IMG/VR virus record: IMGVR_UViG_3300028327_000691
Source of the DNA: an uncultured virus (IMG/VR IMGVR_UViG_3300028327_000691)
Lineage: Duplodnaviria; Heunggongvirae; Uroviricota; Caudoviricetes
Strand: one strand, 5' to 3'
DNA length: 64,000 nt
Part shown: piece by piece, positions 21,505 through 31,703 of the stretch
Layout of the letters: each line of letters opens with the position of its first letter
Position numbering within the stretch: position 1 is the stretch's first letter
Position numbers and translations under genes: made by a program
Notes under the pieces: model-generated
Seen by the model: only the letters and a program-made list of their open reading frames with translations
Told to the model about the DNA's origin: nothing
Databases searched by the model: none

Positions 21505-21660
21505 ATGCATTTTCTACATAACGGTAATTTTCAAACCGAAAACAAAATCAATTTTGCTCTCGGAAGGGATTTTCATATTACGATATTGAAAATCATGTTT
21601 CCTTTGTTATTACTCATTACTCTCTGCGTTTGTATCTTGCATTGGGTAGGGGTTATATAA
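21505..21660 (+). CDS. Small putative membrane peptide (51 aa)
   Basis: AAGGAGG RBS; hydrophobic C-terminal half. Confidence 0.5.
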   Translation: MHFLHNGNFQTENKINFALGRDFHITILKIMFPLLLLITLCVCILHWVGVI

Positions 21661-21721
21661 ATTCCTCTGTATAAGGGGAAGTAATCTTAATTATCCGTAC
21701 ATTACGGAAAGGAGTTAACTT

Positions 21722-22759
21722 ATGGCATTTGCAAAAGCGGAACGTACCCAGCTTTATTTAAGGTGTGCGTTATTCGGTCCAAGTGGAAGTGGCAAAACTA
21801 TGACCGCCCTGCGTATGGCAAAAGGGATAGCCGAAAAAATGGGCGTCCCCGTAGCTGTTATCGACACTGAAGCACGGTCGGCTTCCAAATATGCCGACAG
21901 GTTTACTTTTGAAGTTGATAATCTAAAAGAGAAAACCATTGACCATTACATTGCCTCAATGGAGGAAGCCGCGAAAGTGGGTTACAAAGTTTTGGTCATC
22001 GATTCGCTCTCCCACGCATGGCGTGAACTGACAGATGAAGTAGATCGTATTACTCTCAAAAACAACAGTAAAAACACTTTCACACCATGGGCTCAAGTCA
22101 GCCCGAAACAGAAACGGTTTATCAATGCTATCTTGAATTATCCCGGTCATATTATCGCAACAATGAGAAGTAAAACCGAGTGGGTTATCGGAGCAAACAA
22201 AGACGGCAAAACTGTGCCTGAAAAAATCGGTCTTGCCCCTGAACAGGGGAAAGGAATTGAGTTTGAATTTGATTTGTTAATAGAGATGAATCAGGCTCAC
22301 AACGCGACTGTAACAAAAGACAGAACCGGCAAATATCAGGATGCGGTTATTGAGAAACCTGATGAAGAATTCGGTGTTGCGCTTTATGAATGGCTTGCAA
22401 GCGGCAAAGCTGAAATACCGACGACAACGCCAGTAAAACCAGCAAAACCTACGGTAAAAAATACTTCAAAATCCGAAAAGGTTCAAGCCACACCTTCGAT
22501 ACAGCAAACCGGAAAATCGGCTGTAGCAACCAAAATACTGTCCTATAAAGAACAAGGAAGCCAGTTAATGAAAGAAATCGGGGTTATAATAACCGCCGCC
22601 AATAATGGCAAACCATTCTTTACAGAAGACGAAAAGGAAGGGGCACGTCAGATTATCAAGGAAACCAAGCCGGATGAAAAAGGCATCTCTGACTTGAGAG
22701 AATTCAAAACCTTCTTGTCAGACGAGCTCGCCAAGCGGGAATCTAAAAAAGCCGCATAA
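21722..22759 (+). CDS. Sak4-like AAA_24 ATPase/recombinase
   Basis: GPSGSGKT, IDTE, IDSLSHAW, TMRSK, EFEFD, KDRT. Confidence 0.85.
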   Translation: MAFAKAERTQLYLRCALFGPSGSGKTMTALRMAKGIAEKMGVPVAVIDTEARSASKYADRFTFEVDNLKEKTIDHYIASMEEAAKVGYKVLVIDSLSHAWRELTDEVDRITLKNNSKNTFTPWAQVSPKQKRFINAILNYPGHIIATMRSKTEWVIGANKDGKTVPEKIGLAPEQGKGIEFEFDLLIEMNQAHNATVTKDRTGKYQDAVIEKPDEEFGVALYEWLASGKAEIPTTTPVKPAKPTVKNTSKSEKVQATPSIQQTGKSAVATKILSYKEQGSQLMKEIGVIITAANNGKPFFTEDEKEGARQIIKETKPDEKGISDLREFKTFLSDELAKRESKKAA

Positions 22760-22941
22760 TTTTTCGCTTTTTTCTTATAACAAAATAATATTTTTCTCAT
22801 TATGCCGATACCGCATTGGCTGGAAACGATAATAGCTTTTGCGGTATCGTGCTTTAAATTGACGGATGTCGGCGGTGCGGTAGTATTCCTACCTGTCGCT
22901 GTTCTCAAATCAGAAAAAATAATCTATAAGAGGAGACATTT

Positions 22942-23652
22942 ATGAAACGCTTAGTATCAACAAGCCTGATTTCCAGATGGAAAAAGACGTTTGCAAGAGG
23001 TAAAAACAAACCTGTTAGAGAAGAATCTTCACAGCAGGAAAAACTTAAAACAACAGAGACAACTATTATTCTCAACAAAAAAGAAACGGTTTCTTTCCAA
23101 TTATCCCGGTTGAATAATCCAAAGGATTTTGAACGTATGGCTTTCGTCGCAAAAGTTTGTTTAAAGTATAGCGATTCGCAGATTAAAACGATCCTGCATG
23201 TCGAACAGACGAGAACTGGAAGCCGTCTTGTCGCCACAGACGGCCACCGCCTTCATGTTGCAGAAATTTCTAAAAAGATTAAGAGCGGTAATTACAAACC
23301 GGTTGTCACAAAAGACACTATCATACTTGGTAAACCTGTCACCGGCATAAAATTTCCCGTCTGGGCAAAAGCTATTCCTGAGAAAATGGAAAAACGGGGC
23401 GTTATAAACCTTGCGGATACGGGGTTGGGAAAAGACCGGAAAGAGAATGAAAAGCTCTCCCTAGTTTTCAATTCCTTTGTGAAGCAGACAGGCGAGCCGG
23501 TAAATGTGCGCTACCTCGAAGATCTGACAAAACGTGTATGGATAATTTACTGTCAGAATGAAAAACGCAGGGCAATTATACTAAAGGAAAACGGAAAACC
23601 GAATGAAAAGAATCCGGTTGCCGTTATTCTGCCTATACCGCAAGCTGCCTGA
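22942..23652 (+). CDS. Hypothetical protein with beta-clamp-like motif
   Basis: RLVATDGHRL and FPxWxxxIP. Confidence 0.55.
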   Translation: MKRLVSTSLISRWKKTFARGKNKPVREESSQQEKLKTTETTIILNKKETVSFQLSRLNNPKDFERMAFVAKVCLKYSDSQIKTILHVEQTRTGSRLVATDGHRLHVAEISKKIKSGNYKPVVTKDTIILGKPVTGIKFPVWAKAIPEKMEKRGVINLADTGLGKDRKENEKLSLVFNSFVKQTGEPVNVRYLEDLTKRVWIIYCQNEKRRAIILKENGKPNEKNPVAVILPIPQAA

Positions 23653-23701
23653 AACAACATTTGGGCTTTGCTAATTCAAATCAAGTTATCGGAGGATTAA
23701 T

Positions 23702-24007
23702 ATGATTCCAGAAAAGAAAACTTTTCCCAAAATTCCAGATAATTCTAAAATTGGATTTACAGTTTGCCTTAATCAAAAGGAAAACAAAAAACCATTCGAG
23801 GTGACGGTGTTTCTTATAAAACCGGGTAAAAACCATGAAGAATTACAAGATGAAAACGCCGTAACCTTTGCCGCAACCGGCAAGCTCAGGCTTGACATTG
23901 GCAAGAACAGTTATTTGGAAATTTTTGCGGAAAATTCATGCAAATTGAAAGACGCGGATACGATAATTGAATCCAGCGTTATTGATAAGGAGGATGATAA
24001 TGGTTAG
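23702..24007 (+). CDS. Hypothetical protein
   Basis: GGAGG RBS, 101-aa ORF. Confidence 0.6.
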   Translation: MIPEKKTFPKIPDNSKIGFTVCLNQKENKKPFEVTVFLIKPGKNHEELQDENAVTFAATGKLRLDIGKNSYLEIFAENSCKLKDADTIIESSVIDKEDDNG

Positions 24008-24521
24008 ATGTCCATACTGTAAAGAAAGAATCCGAAAAGGCGCGATTCGATGTAAACATTGCCACTCAAGTATCGGGACGAATGTTGACGGTTCAAATGC
24101 CAATGACGGTAATGCCGGTTATCTGCGAAGCGCTTTTATTAAAATAAATAACGAATGCGACGCCATAGAAGAAAGGATAAACGCCCGTACAGGCTTTGTT
24201 TTCACCAAGCATCAATATTCTGAGGATGAGCTTCTTGAAGCAACAAGCAGAATTGAGTCATATGTCGAAAAAATCAATGACGACTTAGAGAGATGGGAAG
24301 CCGCTCAAAAATTAAGCGCTGATGTGAAGCTTTCTTTTAACAGAAAAGCTAGTGATTTATATCGGCGGCTTGAAATAATGCAAACGAAAATCCAAAATCG
24401 CACTCATACTTTTTGGGAAAAAGTTTGTATAATTTTCAAACGAATTATCTTAAAACTTTTGCCTTTCTTGACGTTTAAGCTGGTAGCCGGAAAAGAAGAG
24501 CCGGAAGAAATTGCCGCCTGA
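24000..24521 (+). CDS. Zn-ribbon hypothetical protein
   Basis: CPYCKE..CKHC; AAGGAGG RBS. Confidence 0.7.
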   Translation: MVRCPYCKERIRKGAIRCKHCHSSIGTNVDGSNANDGNAGYLRSAFIKINNECDAIEERINARTGFVFTKHQYSEDELLEATSRIESYVEKINDDLERWEAAQKLSADVKLSFNRKASDLYRRLEIMQTKIQNRTHTFWEKVCIIFKRIILKLLPFLTFKLVAGKEEPEEIAA

Positions 24522-24543
24522 CGGGAGATTTTAATTTAAATAC

Positions 24544-24585
24544 ATGACAGCAAGGGGATGGGCTAACTGTTCCCCTTGTTGTCAT
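24544..24585. terminator. Long hairpin between convergent gene blocks
   Basis: ATGACAGCAAGGGGA...TCCCCTTGTTGTCAT followed by a T-rich run. Confidence 0.7.
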
Positions 24586-24850
24586 TCTTTTCATACAATC
24601 GTAATCTAAGAACCGTTTTTTTTTAATCGGATTAAGATTTTATATACTCTAGTGTTAGATTGACTTTCAATATCAAATCTTGTTTTTAAGTAATGTATAT
24701 TAATTATTTTATAGTTTTCTAGCTTCGCTATCACTTGAGTTAGAAACTTTCCTTGCGTATCTTGCGTATCAAAACTATAATTATAAGTATATATAATTAA
24801 TATTTATTATACTAATATTCCCCCCCTATTTGCCTTTTTTCACTTAAAAA

Positions 24851-25645
24851 CTATAGCAAATAGCGTAATGTAGGGGCATTTTGAGAAATATATTCATCAT
24901 TAAAATTGATTGAATTAGGTGATAAATAGCGATTCAAGGTTTGTTTTATTTGTTGATAATGAGTTAAGATAAAGTAATTTACAGGCATGAAAATGACATA
25001 AGGACTTAACATGGTTTTTGCCCTGTCATCACAGATGCGAAACTCAATACGTTTAATTCTTTCTTGACTATTAATTTTGAGACCTCTATCGTAGATAGCC
25101 AAAAGTGATCTTCTTATTCCTTTTACTTCGTAATTATGTTCATCTTTACGCCGTAGTTTTTTTTTATAGTCTTTTGAATAAAATGTATTTAAATAGCATA
25201 GAAAATCGTCCTCTTTTAATTGTAAAATAGGATCATAGCCGTAAAAATCAAAGTATAGCTCATATTCATCAAGCTTGAATAACCGTTCAGGGTATGGAAA
25301 GCAGTTTGTAATAAAAGAATATGGATTAAAACAGCCATGAAAAATAGAATCTATACAATTATTGAGATAGGAAGCTATTTTTTCGGTAAAGAGTCCAAAT
25401 GAAATACCGTGTTTTAGAGCCATTAATACAGAATACCAAGGGTTATATTTATCAATATGAGAAACTCCGTTATATTCCAATTGAATATTTAATTCGGACC
25501 AACCACCGAATGTAATAATATCAATTATTCCTTTTAATTCAATTGGTGTACTTTTATAATTTAAATGGGTAGATTCTATTCCCAGAGTTATTTTATCTAT
25601 CCCTATATCCACATAGGAGCCGTAAAAATAATCATTGTTGAACAT
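24851..25645 (-). CDS. Hypothetical protein, possible Rep_trans-like replication initiator
   Basis: IDKITL near N-terminus; IYDRG..RIEFRI; coupled to an Xis-like gene. Confidence 0.45.
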   Translation of the reverse strand: MFNNDYFYGSYVDIGIDKITLGIESTHLNYKSTPIELKGIIDIITFGGWSELNIQLEYNGVSHIDKYNPWYSVLMALKHGISFGLFTEKIASYLNNCIDSIFHGCFNPYSFITNCFPYPERLFKLDEYELYFDFYGYDPILQLKEDDFLCYLNTFYSKDYKKKLRRKDEHNYEVKGIRRSLLAIYDRGLKINSQERIKRIEFRICDDRAKTMLSPYVIFMPVNYFILTHYQQIKQTLNRYLSPNSINFNDEYISQNAPTLRYLL

Positions 25646-25841
25646 TCTCCCCCCCCTTTGAATCTGTTTCGACATGAAAAGTGCAGTCATTAAAGAATTT
25701 TTGTATGTGAGCATCATTAAATCTTAGGGCTGAACCGATTTTAATAGACCCTATAATTTTCCTTTCCGCTAGCTTGTATACACATGATTTGCTGAGCTTT
25801 AGCATCGTGCTAACTTCTGCAACATCGTACAGTTTATACAT
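25632..25841 (-). CDS. Excisionase-like HTH_17 protein
   Basis: LYDVAEVSTMLKLSKSCVYKL..IKIGSALRF. Confidence 0.85.
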   Translation of the reverse strand: MYKLYDVAEVSTMLKLSKSCVYKLAERKIIGSIKIGSALRFNDAHIQKFFNDCTFHVETDSKGGENVQQ

Positions 25842-25914
25842 ATGTTATCCTCCTTGAGCACAAAAAATTCTTATTATGATCTTTTGTCACTCAATAGGAT
25901 GTTGTGATCTGTTT

Positions 25915-26727
25915 TCATGGTAAATTATAAGTACTATTCCAATTCATAAAATTTGTTTGTGTACAATTCTTGTTTTCAAGTATAATCATAAGATGGTCGA
26001 TAATACTTATTTTATTTCCTTCAGTTTTTGACGTAGATACGCAAAATCCGCATAAAAAGTCAATTGTCTCCATATCTACGTCTTTTTTATATTTTTCAGT
26101 ACTTTTTATTAAAAGGTTAACAAAAGTTTCCCATAAACAAGATGGTAAGATATTTCGTTCTTTGCCTATTCCTATTCTTTTAAGAACCGACTCTACTCCG
26201 CGGGTTATGCTAATAGGATCACAAGGTTTATTCATATTTCTTAGATTTGGTATGACATATTTGCTTTCAGGAAAATAGGAATCCATTTCCTTAATACGTT
26301 TCCTTACATTCCCAATAAAAGGGATAATTCGTTCCTTATCCCCAGTTTTTACCAGAAACATATCATTCGATTGTATTTGCTCCCTCCGAAGATTGCGTAT
26401 TTCGGATACTCCGAAGCCGCAAGTTACTCCCAATAATGAAATTAGAGTATCACGCGCCATTGTTTTATTTTCATCCCGCAAATTCATAATTGTTTTAACT
26501 TCATCTACAGATAGAATCCCATATTTTTCTATTTCATCTTTTGATAAAGACGGGGCATAAACTTGTTCCAATTTCTTTCTTGCCATAAGATATGCTTCAG
26601 TACGTGTTTTGCTTTTTGGAAGGCTCTTTTCTTGAATAGACCGCCCATTTTTATCAAAAAAACGGGCTTGAAAATATAATTCCCCTTTTGAACCTTTCCG
26701 CTTAACGATATTTATAAGTGAATGCAT
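25915..26727 (-). CDS. Degenerate tyrosine-recombinase-like protein
   Basis: GFGVSEIRNL (catalytic R absent), PSCLWETF replaces HxLRHxF; arm-binding-like N-terminus. Confidence 0.7.
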   Translation of the reverse strand: MHSLINIVKRKGSKGELYFQARFFDKNGRSIQEKSLPKSKTRTEAYLMARKKLEQVYAPSLSKDEIEKYGILSVDEVKTIMNLRDENKTMARDTLISLLGVTCGFGVSEIRNLRREQIQSNDMFLVKTGDKERIIPFIGNVRKRIKEMDSYFPESKYVIPNLRNMNKPCDPISITRGVESVLKRIGIGKERNILPSCLWETFVNLLIKSTEKYKKDVDMETIDFLCGFCVSTSKTEGNKISIIDHLMIILENKNCTQTNFMNWNSTYNLP

Positions 26728-26850
26728 TATTTTTGCCCTGTATTTGATTATATAACAATGAAAGATTAAGTGTAAGAGTGTCAAAGACCAAGAAAGATTA
26801 GGTGTATGGTTAAAAGTATGTCAAAAATAGGTTTTGAATGATTGAGTATG

Positions 26851-28011
26851 TTAATTCTCAATTTTTACGGAAGTATTTTCCGGAATAGTTTTTGGGAAAA
26901 AAGATTCTGTCATGGGCAAATAATTTATGTTGGTCAATTGTACATGACTATATCGCGCCGTCATTCCAGATGAATGACCTGTTAATAATCGAACGGTTTC
27001 CGGAGCAAGCCCAAATTCTAAAAGCATGGTATTAAAGCTGTGGCGAAAAGAATGGAACGTTATGTTACGTTCTTTTCGCTGTTCTTGGTTTATACCGATT
27101 TTATCAAGTGCTTTGTAGAATTGCTTATATACAGTTTTATGATTAATGGGTGTGTTTCCATGCGAAAAAATGAAATCTGAAGGTTGTCTCCCCCCCCTTA
27201 AGCTATGTAAAAACCAATACAAACTTTCAGGAATTGGAATCTTTCTGGTTTTTCCGGTTTTAGGGCATTTGAGTAAGTCCGTATCGCTCCATGAGTAGGC
27301 TACTGTTATGAAATAAGGCTGTACCATCTCATATTTAAGGGCAAGGATCTCTCCCAGACGCATCCCTGTAATTGCCGCTGTCAGATTTAAGGCGAGATGC
27401 ATATTAGAACGCCATATTATTGTTATATCGCCAGAAAACAGCCTGCCCAGTTCTTCCCGGCTCATAATACCTTTCTCAAGGGACTTTAGAGCGAAAAGCT
27501 CGATATTTAACATTGGATTTTCGTCTATATCGTGAGATTTTATTGCATACCCGAAGATAATCCGTAGTATTGTAATAACATGGTTAAGGGTTTTTGTGCC
27601 AACGCCTTCTTTTTTCAATTTTAGTAGCCATGCCTCAATTCTCTGTTCGTAAATCTCTCTAATGTCCAAATTTCCAAATTCTGGCACAATTCTTGATAAA
27701 AGCAGGTTCCTTTGAGCTTGCGCCCAGCCTTTTGTATACGATTTTCCTCGAAGTAGCCTTGCCTTGATATATAAGCAGGTATCAAAAATGAAGAAATTTT
27801 CAGTGTACTTGGCAAATTGATAGTTCTTTTCCATTGCCAGTTGACCATTTTTTAGTAGTCTACGACAAAAAATGACCGCTTTTTCATAGGAATCTGCTCT
27901 GGTACTACGATAAATCCGCTTTTTATTGGTTAGATACGCCCAATAATAATAGACAGTTTTACCTGATTTTAGCTTTCTGGGATACACCCCAAAAGTTGAT
28001 TCATTTATCAT
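26851..28011 (-). CDS. Tyrosine integrase
   Basis: TGMRLGEILAL, PKT, HSFRHSF, TGHS..MTARY. Confidence 0.95.
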   Translation of the reverse strand: MINESTFGVYPRKLKSGKTVYYYWAYLTNKKRIYRSTRADSYEKAVIFCRRLLKNGQLAMEKNYQFAKYTENFFIFDTCLYIKARLLRGKSYTKGWAQAQRNLLLSRIVPEFGNLDIREIYEQRIEAWLLKLKKEGVGTKTLNHVITILRIIFGYAIKSHDIDENPMLNIELFALKSLEKGIMSREELGRLFSGDITIIWRSNMHLALNLTAAITGMRLGEILALKYEMVQPYFITVAYSWSDTDLLKCPKTGKTRKIPIPESLYWFLHSLRGGRQPSDFIFSHGNTPINHKTVYKQFYKALDKIGINQEQRKERNITFHSFRHSFNTMLLEFGLAPETVRLLTGHSSGMTARYSHVQLTNINYLPMTESFFPKTIPENTSVKIEN

Positions 28012-28234
28012 CCTTTACTCCTTGGCTCTCAGCCAACGGGATGTTCAGTGCCACTTCAGGTTAAAAGGGGATAAAACAGGAGAATTCAAGGTAATGGGGC
28101 TTTACTTATTGTTTTGTTTCTGATATTCTTTATATAAGACAATTTTATAGATATATTATTATTATTATATCTATATATTTCATATTTTATATATGATATT
28201 TTCTTATTTAGCATAATAATTATGAGAGAACATT

Positions 28235-29512
28235 TTGAAGCAAATAAACGAAAAGACTGAAGAAATTTTAACAGAATGGTCATCTGTGACACTTTTTGAT
28301 TTACAGAAAGCTATTCACAAGAAAATGCGACAATATCCGGGTGGTATAAAGGGAATCTGGGAGGCTATTGATCCATACTATAAATGTATTGAAGGTGATA
28401 AAAATACCAAAAAAATAAATAAATCGGATTTTTTACGAGCAGTAAGTCGATTAAATGAAAAAGGACCTGAAAATGAAAACATGACATTTGGAATTAAAGG
28501 TAATTTACTTTTAACTCTTAACATTTTTGATATATTAGGGCTCATAAAACGAGATGAAATAATAAAGGTAAAAAATAAAAAGAGATATTTTAAAGGTTAT
28601 ATTTTTGATTCATATCGTAGGGTAAAAGATTTAGAAAAAAAAATTAATGATTTATCTGGTATTTTTGAACAAGCTTTTAGGAGGCCACCACGTTTTACTG
28701 CTTATAAAATTGCTAAAGATTGGGAAAATATATTGTATAGGGTAAAAGAAATTATTGATGGTAATATTGACCCTGTTTTTCAAGAAAATTATTTTAAGGT
28801 AGCACCTTTTCAGGAGAGAGCTATGTTTTATAATTTGGTAATATCAAAATTTAGAAATTCACCATTTCATATTTCTGTATATAGTATTTTATTTGATTAC
28901 AATTATTATTTTTATCAGGATAAAATCATTTATAGTCATATAATTAAAGAATTAAAAGATAATTCTTTAATTAAAATTGTAAATAAAGATGATAATATTT
29001 ATCTATACTTTCTTTACTGTTTTTTACAGATGAATAAACGTTTTCTAAATATGATAAGTAAGGAAGACGAGAAAATGAGTACTGAAACTTTTAAATTGCA
29101 AGATCATTTAATATTTAATAATAATGATGAAATTATAAATAATGAAGATATAAAACGAAAATATCTTCAAAAGAGTGTAACTGTAATGCTAAAAAATGTT
29201 AAAAAAACTATTGGATATATAGGAAGTAGAAAGCTTACTGAAGAAGAAAGTTTGGAATATAAAGAAATTTTACATGAGATTGTAGATGTTTTTTATGACA
29301 TATATTTGAATAAAACAGATGTAAAAGAAGAAACAATACCTCAATTGGTAAACAAAATTGAATCATTAGAAATTGAAAAAATTTTTTCATTAATAACATT
29401 AAGCCGTTTTAATATTTTTTATGTACCAAGTATATATATTAGTAAATTAGAAATATTGAAAAATAGAATTAGTAATAATGAGAATATGTTATTGCGAAAT
29501 TATCTTAAATAG
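28235..29512 (+). CDS. Hypothetical protein (AT-rich)
   Basis: 425-aa ORF directly upstream of the helicase. Confidence 0.7.
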   Translation: MKQINEKTEEILTEWSSVTLFDLQKAIHKKMRQYPGGIKGIWEAIDPYYKCIEGDKNTKKINKSDFLRAVSRLNEKGPENENMTFGIKGNLLLTLNIFDILGLIKRDEIIKVKNKKRYFKGYIFDSYRRVKDLEKKINDLSGIFEQAFRRPPRFTAYKIAKDWENILYRVKEIIDGNIDPVFQENYFKVAPFQERAMFYNLVISKFRNSPFHISVYSILFDYNYYFYQDKIIYSHIIKELKDNSLIKIVNKDDNIYLYFLYCFLQMNKRFLNMISKEDEKMSTETFKLQDHLIFNNNDEIINNEDIKRKYLQKSVTVMLKNVKKTIGYIGSRKLTEEESLEYKEILHEIVDVFYDIYLNKTDVKEETIPQLVNKIESLEIEKIFSLITLSRFNIFYVPSIYISKLEILKNRISNNENMLLRNYLK

Positions 29513-29521
29513 TAGGTTAAT

Positions 29522-31171
29522 ATGGAAGATTGTTCTAAAATCCAAAAAGAAGCGATTAATCATATAATAAATGCTTTCAATCAAAATACGAATCCTATAT
29601 GCGCGATAGATATGGGTACTGGAAAAACACGTATTGCTTGTGAAGTAATAAGAAAATTTATAAAACTATCAGAAAAGAATGGAAATCATTATACGGTACT
29701 TATTGTTCATAAAGCATCTTCTTTTGATAATCCTTGGTTAAAAGAATTGAAAAAATGGGAAATTATATCAGATGACAAACAATTATATCGTTTACATGGA
29801 AGAGACAGATGGGCTTCATTTGATGATTATAAACATCAGAATTATCCGATTAGTATTATCCAGTCCTCATATGATACAATAATGAATGAAATAGATTGCA
29901 AAGAAGGTGATGATAATCAAATATATACTAAATTAAGAAAAATCACACTTACAATATTTGATGAAATACATACTATTATTAACTACAAAAAAATTACTAA
30001 AAAATGTTTGATGGCTATAAAATTAAATACAAAATATAAACTCGCGCTAACTGGTACTCCTATTCAAAATAGTAATTATGATTTAGGACTTGCTTATTTA
30101 TTTCTAAATCAAACATCTAAATTGAATTTATATATAAATTCAAAAGTTCCAGAGAAGATATTAGATGAGGCTGTTAATAAATGTCTAAATACAAATAATG
30201 TGTATTTTTATTTTAAAAGAGAAAAGGGAAATTTTATCAAAAATAATATTTTTTTATTATTACCAACACATCAGGAAGTAATTAATATCATCCATGGAAT
30301 TTTAAAAAAATATCCAAAGAAAAAACAAATGTATTTATCTCATCCTGAATCAATAAAATATTTAGGTTTACCATCTCCTCTAATATGTACAAAAATGGAA
30401 ACAGTAAAATGCATTCTTAGCCAAAATAAATTAGACAAGTATATAATATTTTCTCAATTCATTGATGTTCTGTATGCATACAATAAGACATTATTAAAGA
30501 TGAGACGAAATTCTATTATTATTACAGGTAAAGAAAAAGGTAATAAATTGAAAGAGAAATTAGATTTATTTAACAATATAGAAGAATTTTCTGTTTTATT
30601 AACTACATTGCAAAAATCATCAGACGCGCTTAATCTTAGTATAGCGAATCATGTAATTATTCTAGAATTGTGGTGGAATCCTCATAAAATACTACAAGCT
30701 ATAAGCAGAATAGATAGAAAAGACCAAAATAATCCAATCTTTATTTATTTACTGTGCAACCATGAAAATGGAGAAATGATAAATGAGGAAAAAATTATTT
30801 ATTCAGTGATGCAAAAAAAAATTAATAATGCAAATAATGTATATAAAAAAAATTATAATGAATCAAATAAAGAAATTTCAAAAATGATAAGAGAACTACC
30901 TCCGAAAATAATATTTAATAATATAGATACTCTGAATAACGATTTACGAGCATATTTAAATAAAATTAATGACATTGGAATATTACAATCAATAAATTAT
31001 CCTAAAGAAGAAGTAGGAATTCCATATTCAGAAACAATGAATAATATAAAAAACCATTCGATGATAAGCGCTAAATTATATCAAGTTAGAAATAGTGGCA
31101 TAGATAAAGCAATTGAAGAAATAGAAAAAGAAATATCATCACCTCCTGAAATAAAATGGCAAGGCTATTAA
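29522..31171 (+). CDS. SNF2-family helicase/ATPase
   Basis: DMGTGKT, FDEIH, LTGTPIQN, IFSQF, LNL..A..WWNP..QAISRIDR. Confidence 0.9.
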   Translation: MEDCSKIQKEAINHIINAFNQNTNPICAIDMGTGKTRIACEVIRKFIKLSEKNGNHYTVLIVHKASSFDNPWLKELKKWEIISDDKQLYRLHGRDRWASFDDYKHQNYPISIIQSSYDTIMNEIDCKEGDDNQIYTKLRKITLTIFDEIHTIINYKKITKKCLMAIKLNTKYKLALTGTPIQNSNYDLGLAYLFLNQTSKLNLYINSKVPEKILDEAVNKCLNTNNVYFYFKREKGNFIKNNIFLLLPTHQEVINIIHGILKKYPKKKQMYLSHPESIKYLGLPSPLICTKMETVKCILSQNKLDKYIIFSQFIDVLYAYNKTLLKMRRNSIIITGKEKGNKLKEKLDLFNNIEEFSVLLTTLQKSSDALNLSIANHVIILELWWNPHKILQAISRIDRKDQNNPIFIYLLCNHENGEMINEEKIIYSVMQKKINNANNVYKKNYNESNKEISKMIRELPPKIIFNNIDTLNNDLRAYLNKINDIGILQSINYPKEEVGIPYSETMNNIKNHSMISAKLYQVRNSGIDKAIEEIEKEISSPPEIKWQGY

Positions 31172-31502
31172 AATATATTTAGATAGCTATTTTATAAAAA
31201 AAGTCTTCCATATTCGCTAGTCGGTTTTTGTCTAAAACGGTAAAAAGTAATTAAGGTTTACTATTTATTGAAATTTGCTCCATCCGGTATTTGTCCTATC
31301 TGGCTTATTTTAGAATTTTGGCTAGGAACATTTAAAAATCATGCAATAGCAAGTGGTAAAAAGTGGCAACAAAAGTGGCAACAAAAACGCTTGACTTTGC
31401 TTGGAAAAAATGGTATTAAAGAGTTAGAGAATAAAATTAAATCCTTATGTTATAAGGATTTAGCTACTTTTTAGCCTAACGGTTAAAATGCCATCCCCCA
31501 GA

Positions 31503-31548
31503 CTGTTAACCACTGGGTCCGTGGTCCGAATCCGCGCGGGGGAGCAAC
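31503..31548 (+). repeat. att core: 3' half of tRNA-Asn(GTT), copy 1
   Basis: CTGTTAACCACTGGGTCCGTGGTCCGAATCCGCGCGGGGGAGCAAC, identical to 57138-57183. Confidence 0.92.
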
Positions 31549-31703
31549 TATGTTCTAAAGTCTCCAGACCTAATTTCTTACAACATAAGGAATTAGTAAC
31601 GCAGGAGGGGGCATGGTAAGTTGGATAAAACCATTCCCGATAAGGCTTTGCCAAGAATGGTACCAGAATATGTTACTAAAAGACATATATCGAGGGTACC
31701 ATT

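Larger units (their letters stand above)
1..31548. mobile_element. Integrative element 1 (left end outside window), possibly composite with a nested 24.6-31.5 kb module
   Basis: Integrase at the left edge, phage/ICE-type recombination genes, further recombinases at 25.9-28.0 kb, ends in a tRNA-Asn 3' fragment. Confidence 0.65.

Noticed and set aside
26778..26783. Additional regulon boxes in element 1 (also 28048) and at ~56520
   Set aside because: Half-sites or poor matches without the N10/-10 geometry
31494..31546. Intact tRNA-Asn (TCCCCC could pair with GGGGGA)
   Set aside because: No D-arm and no 5' anticodon-stem strand; treated as an att fragment
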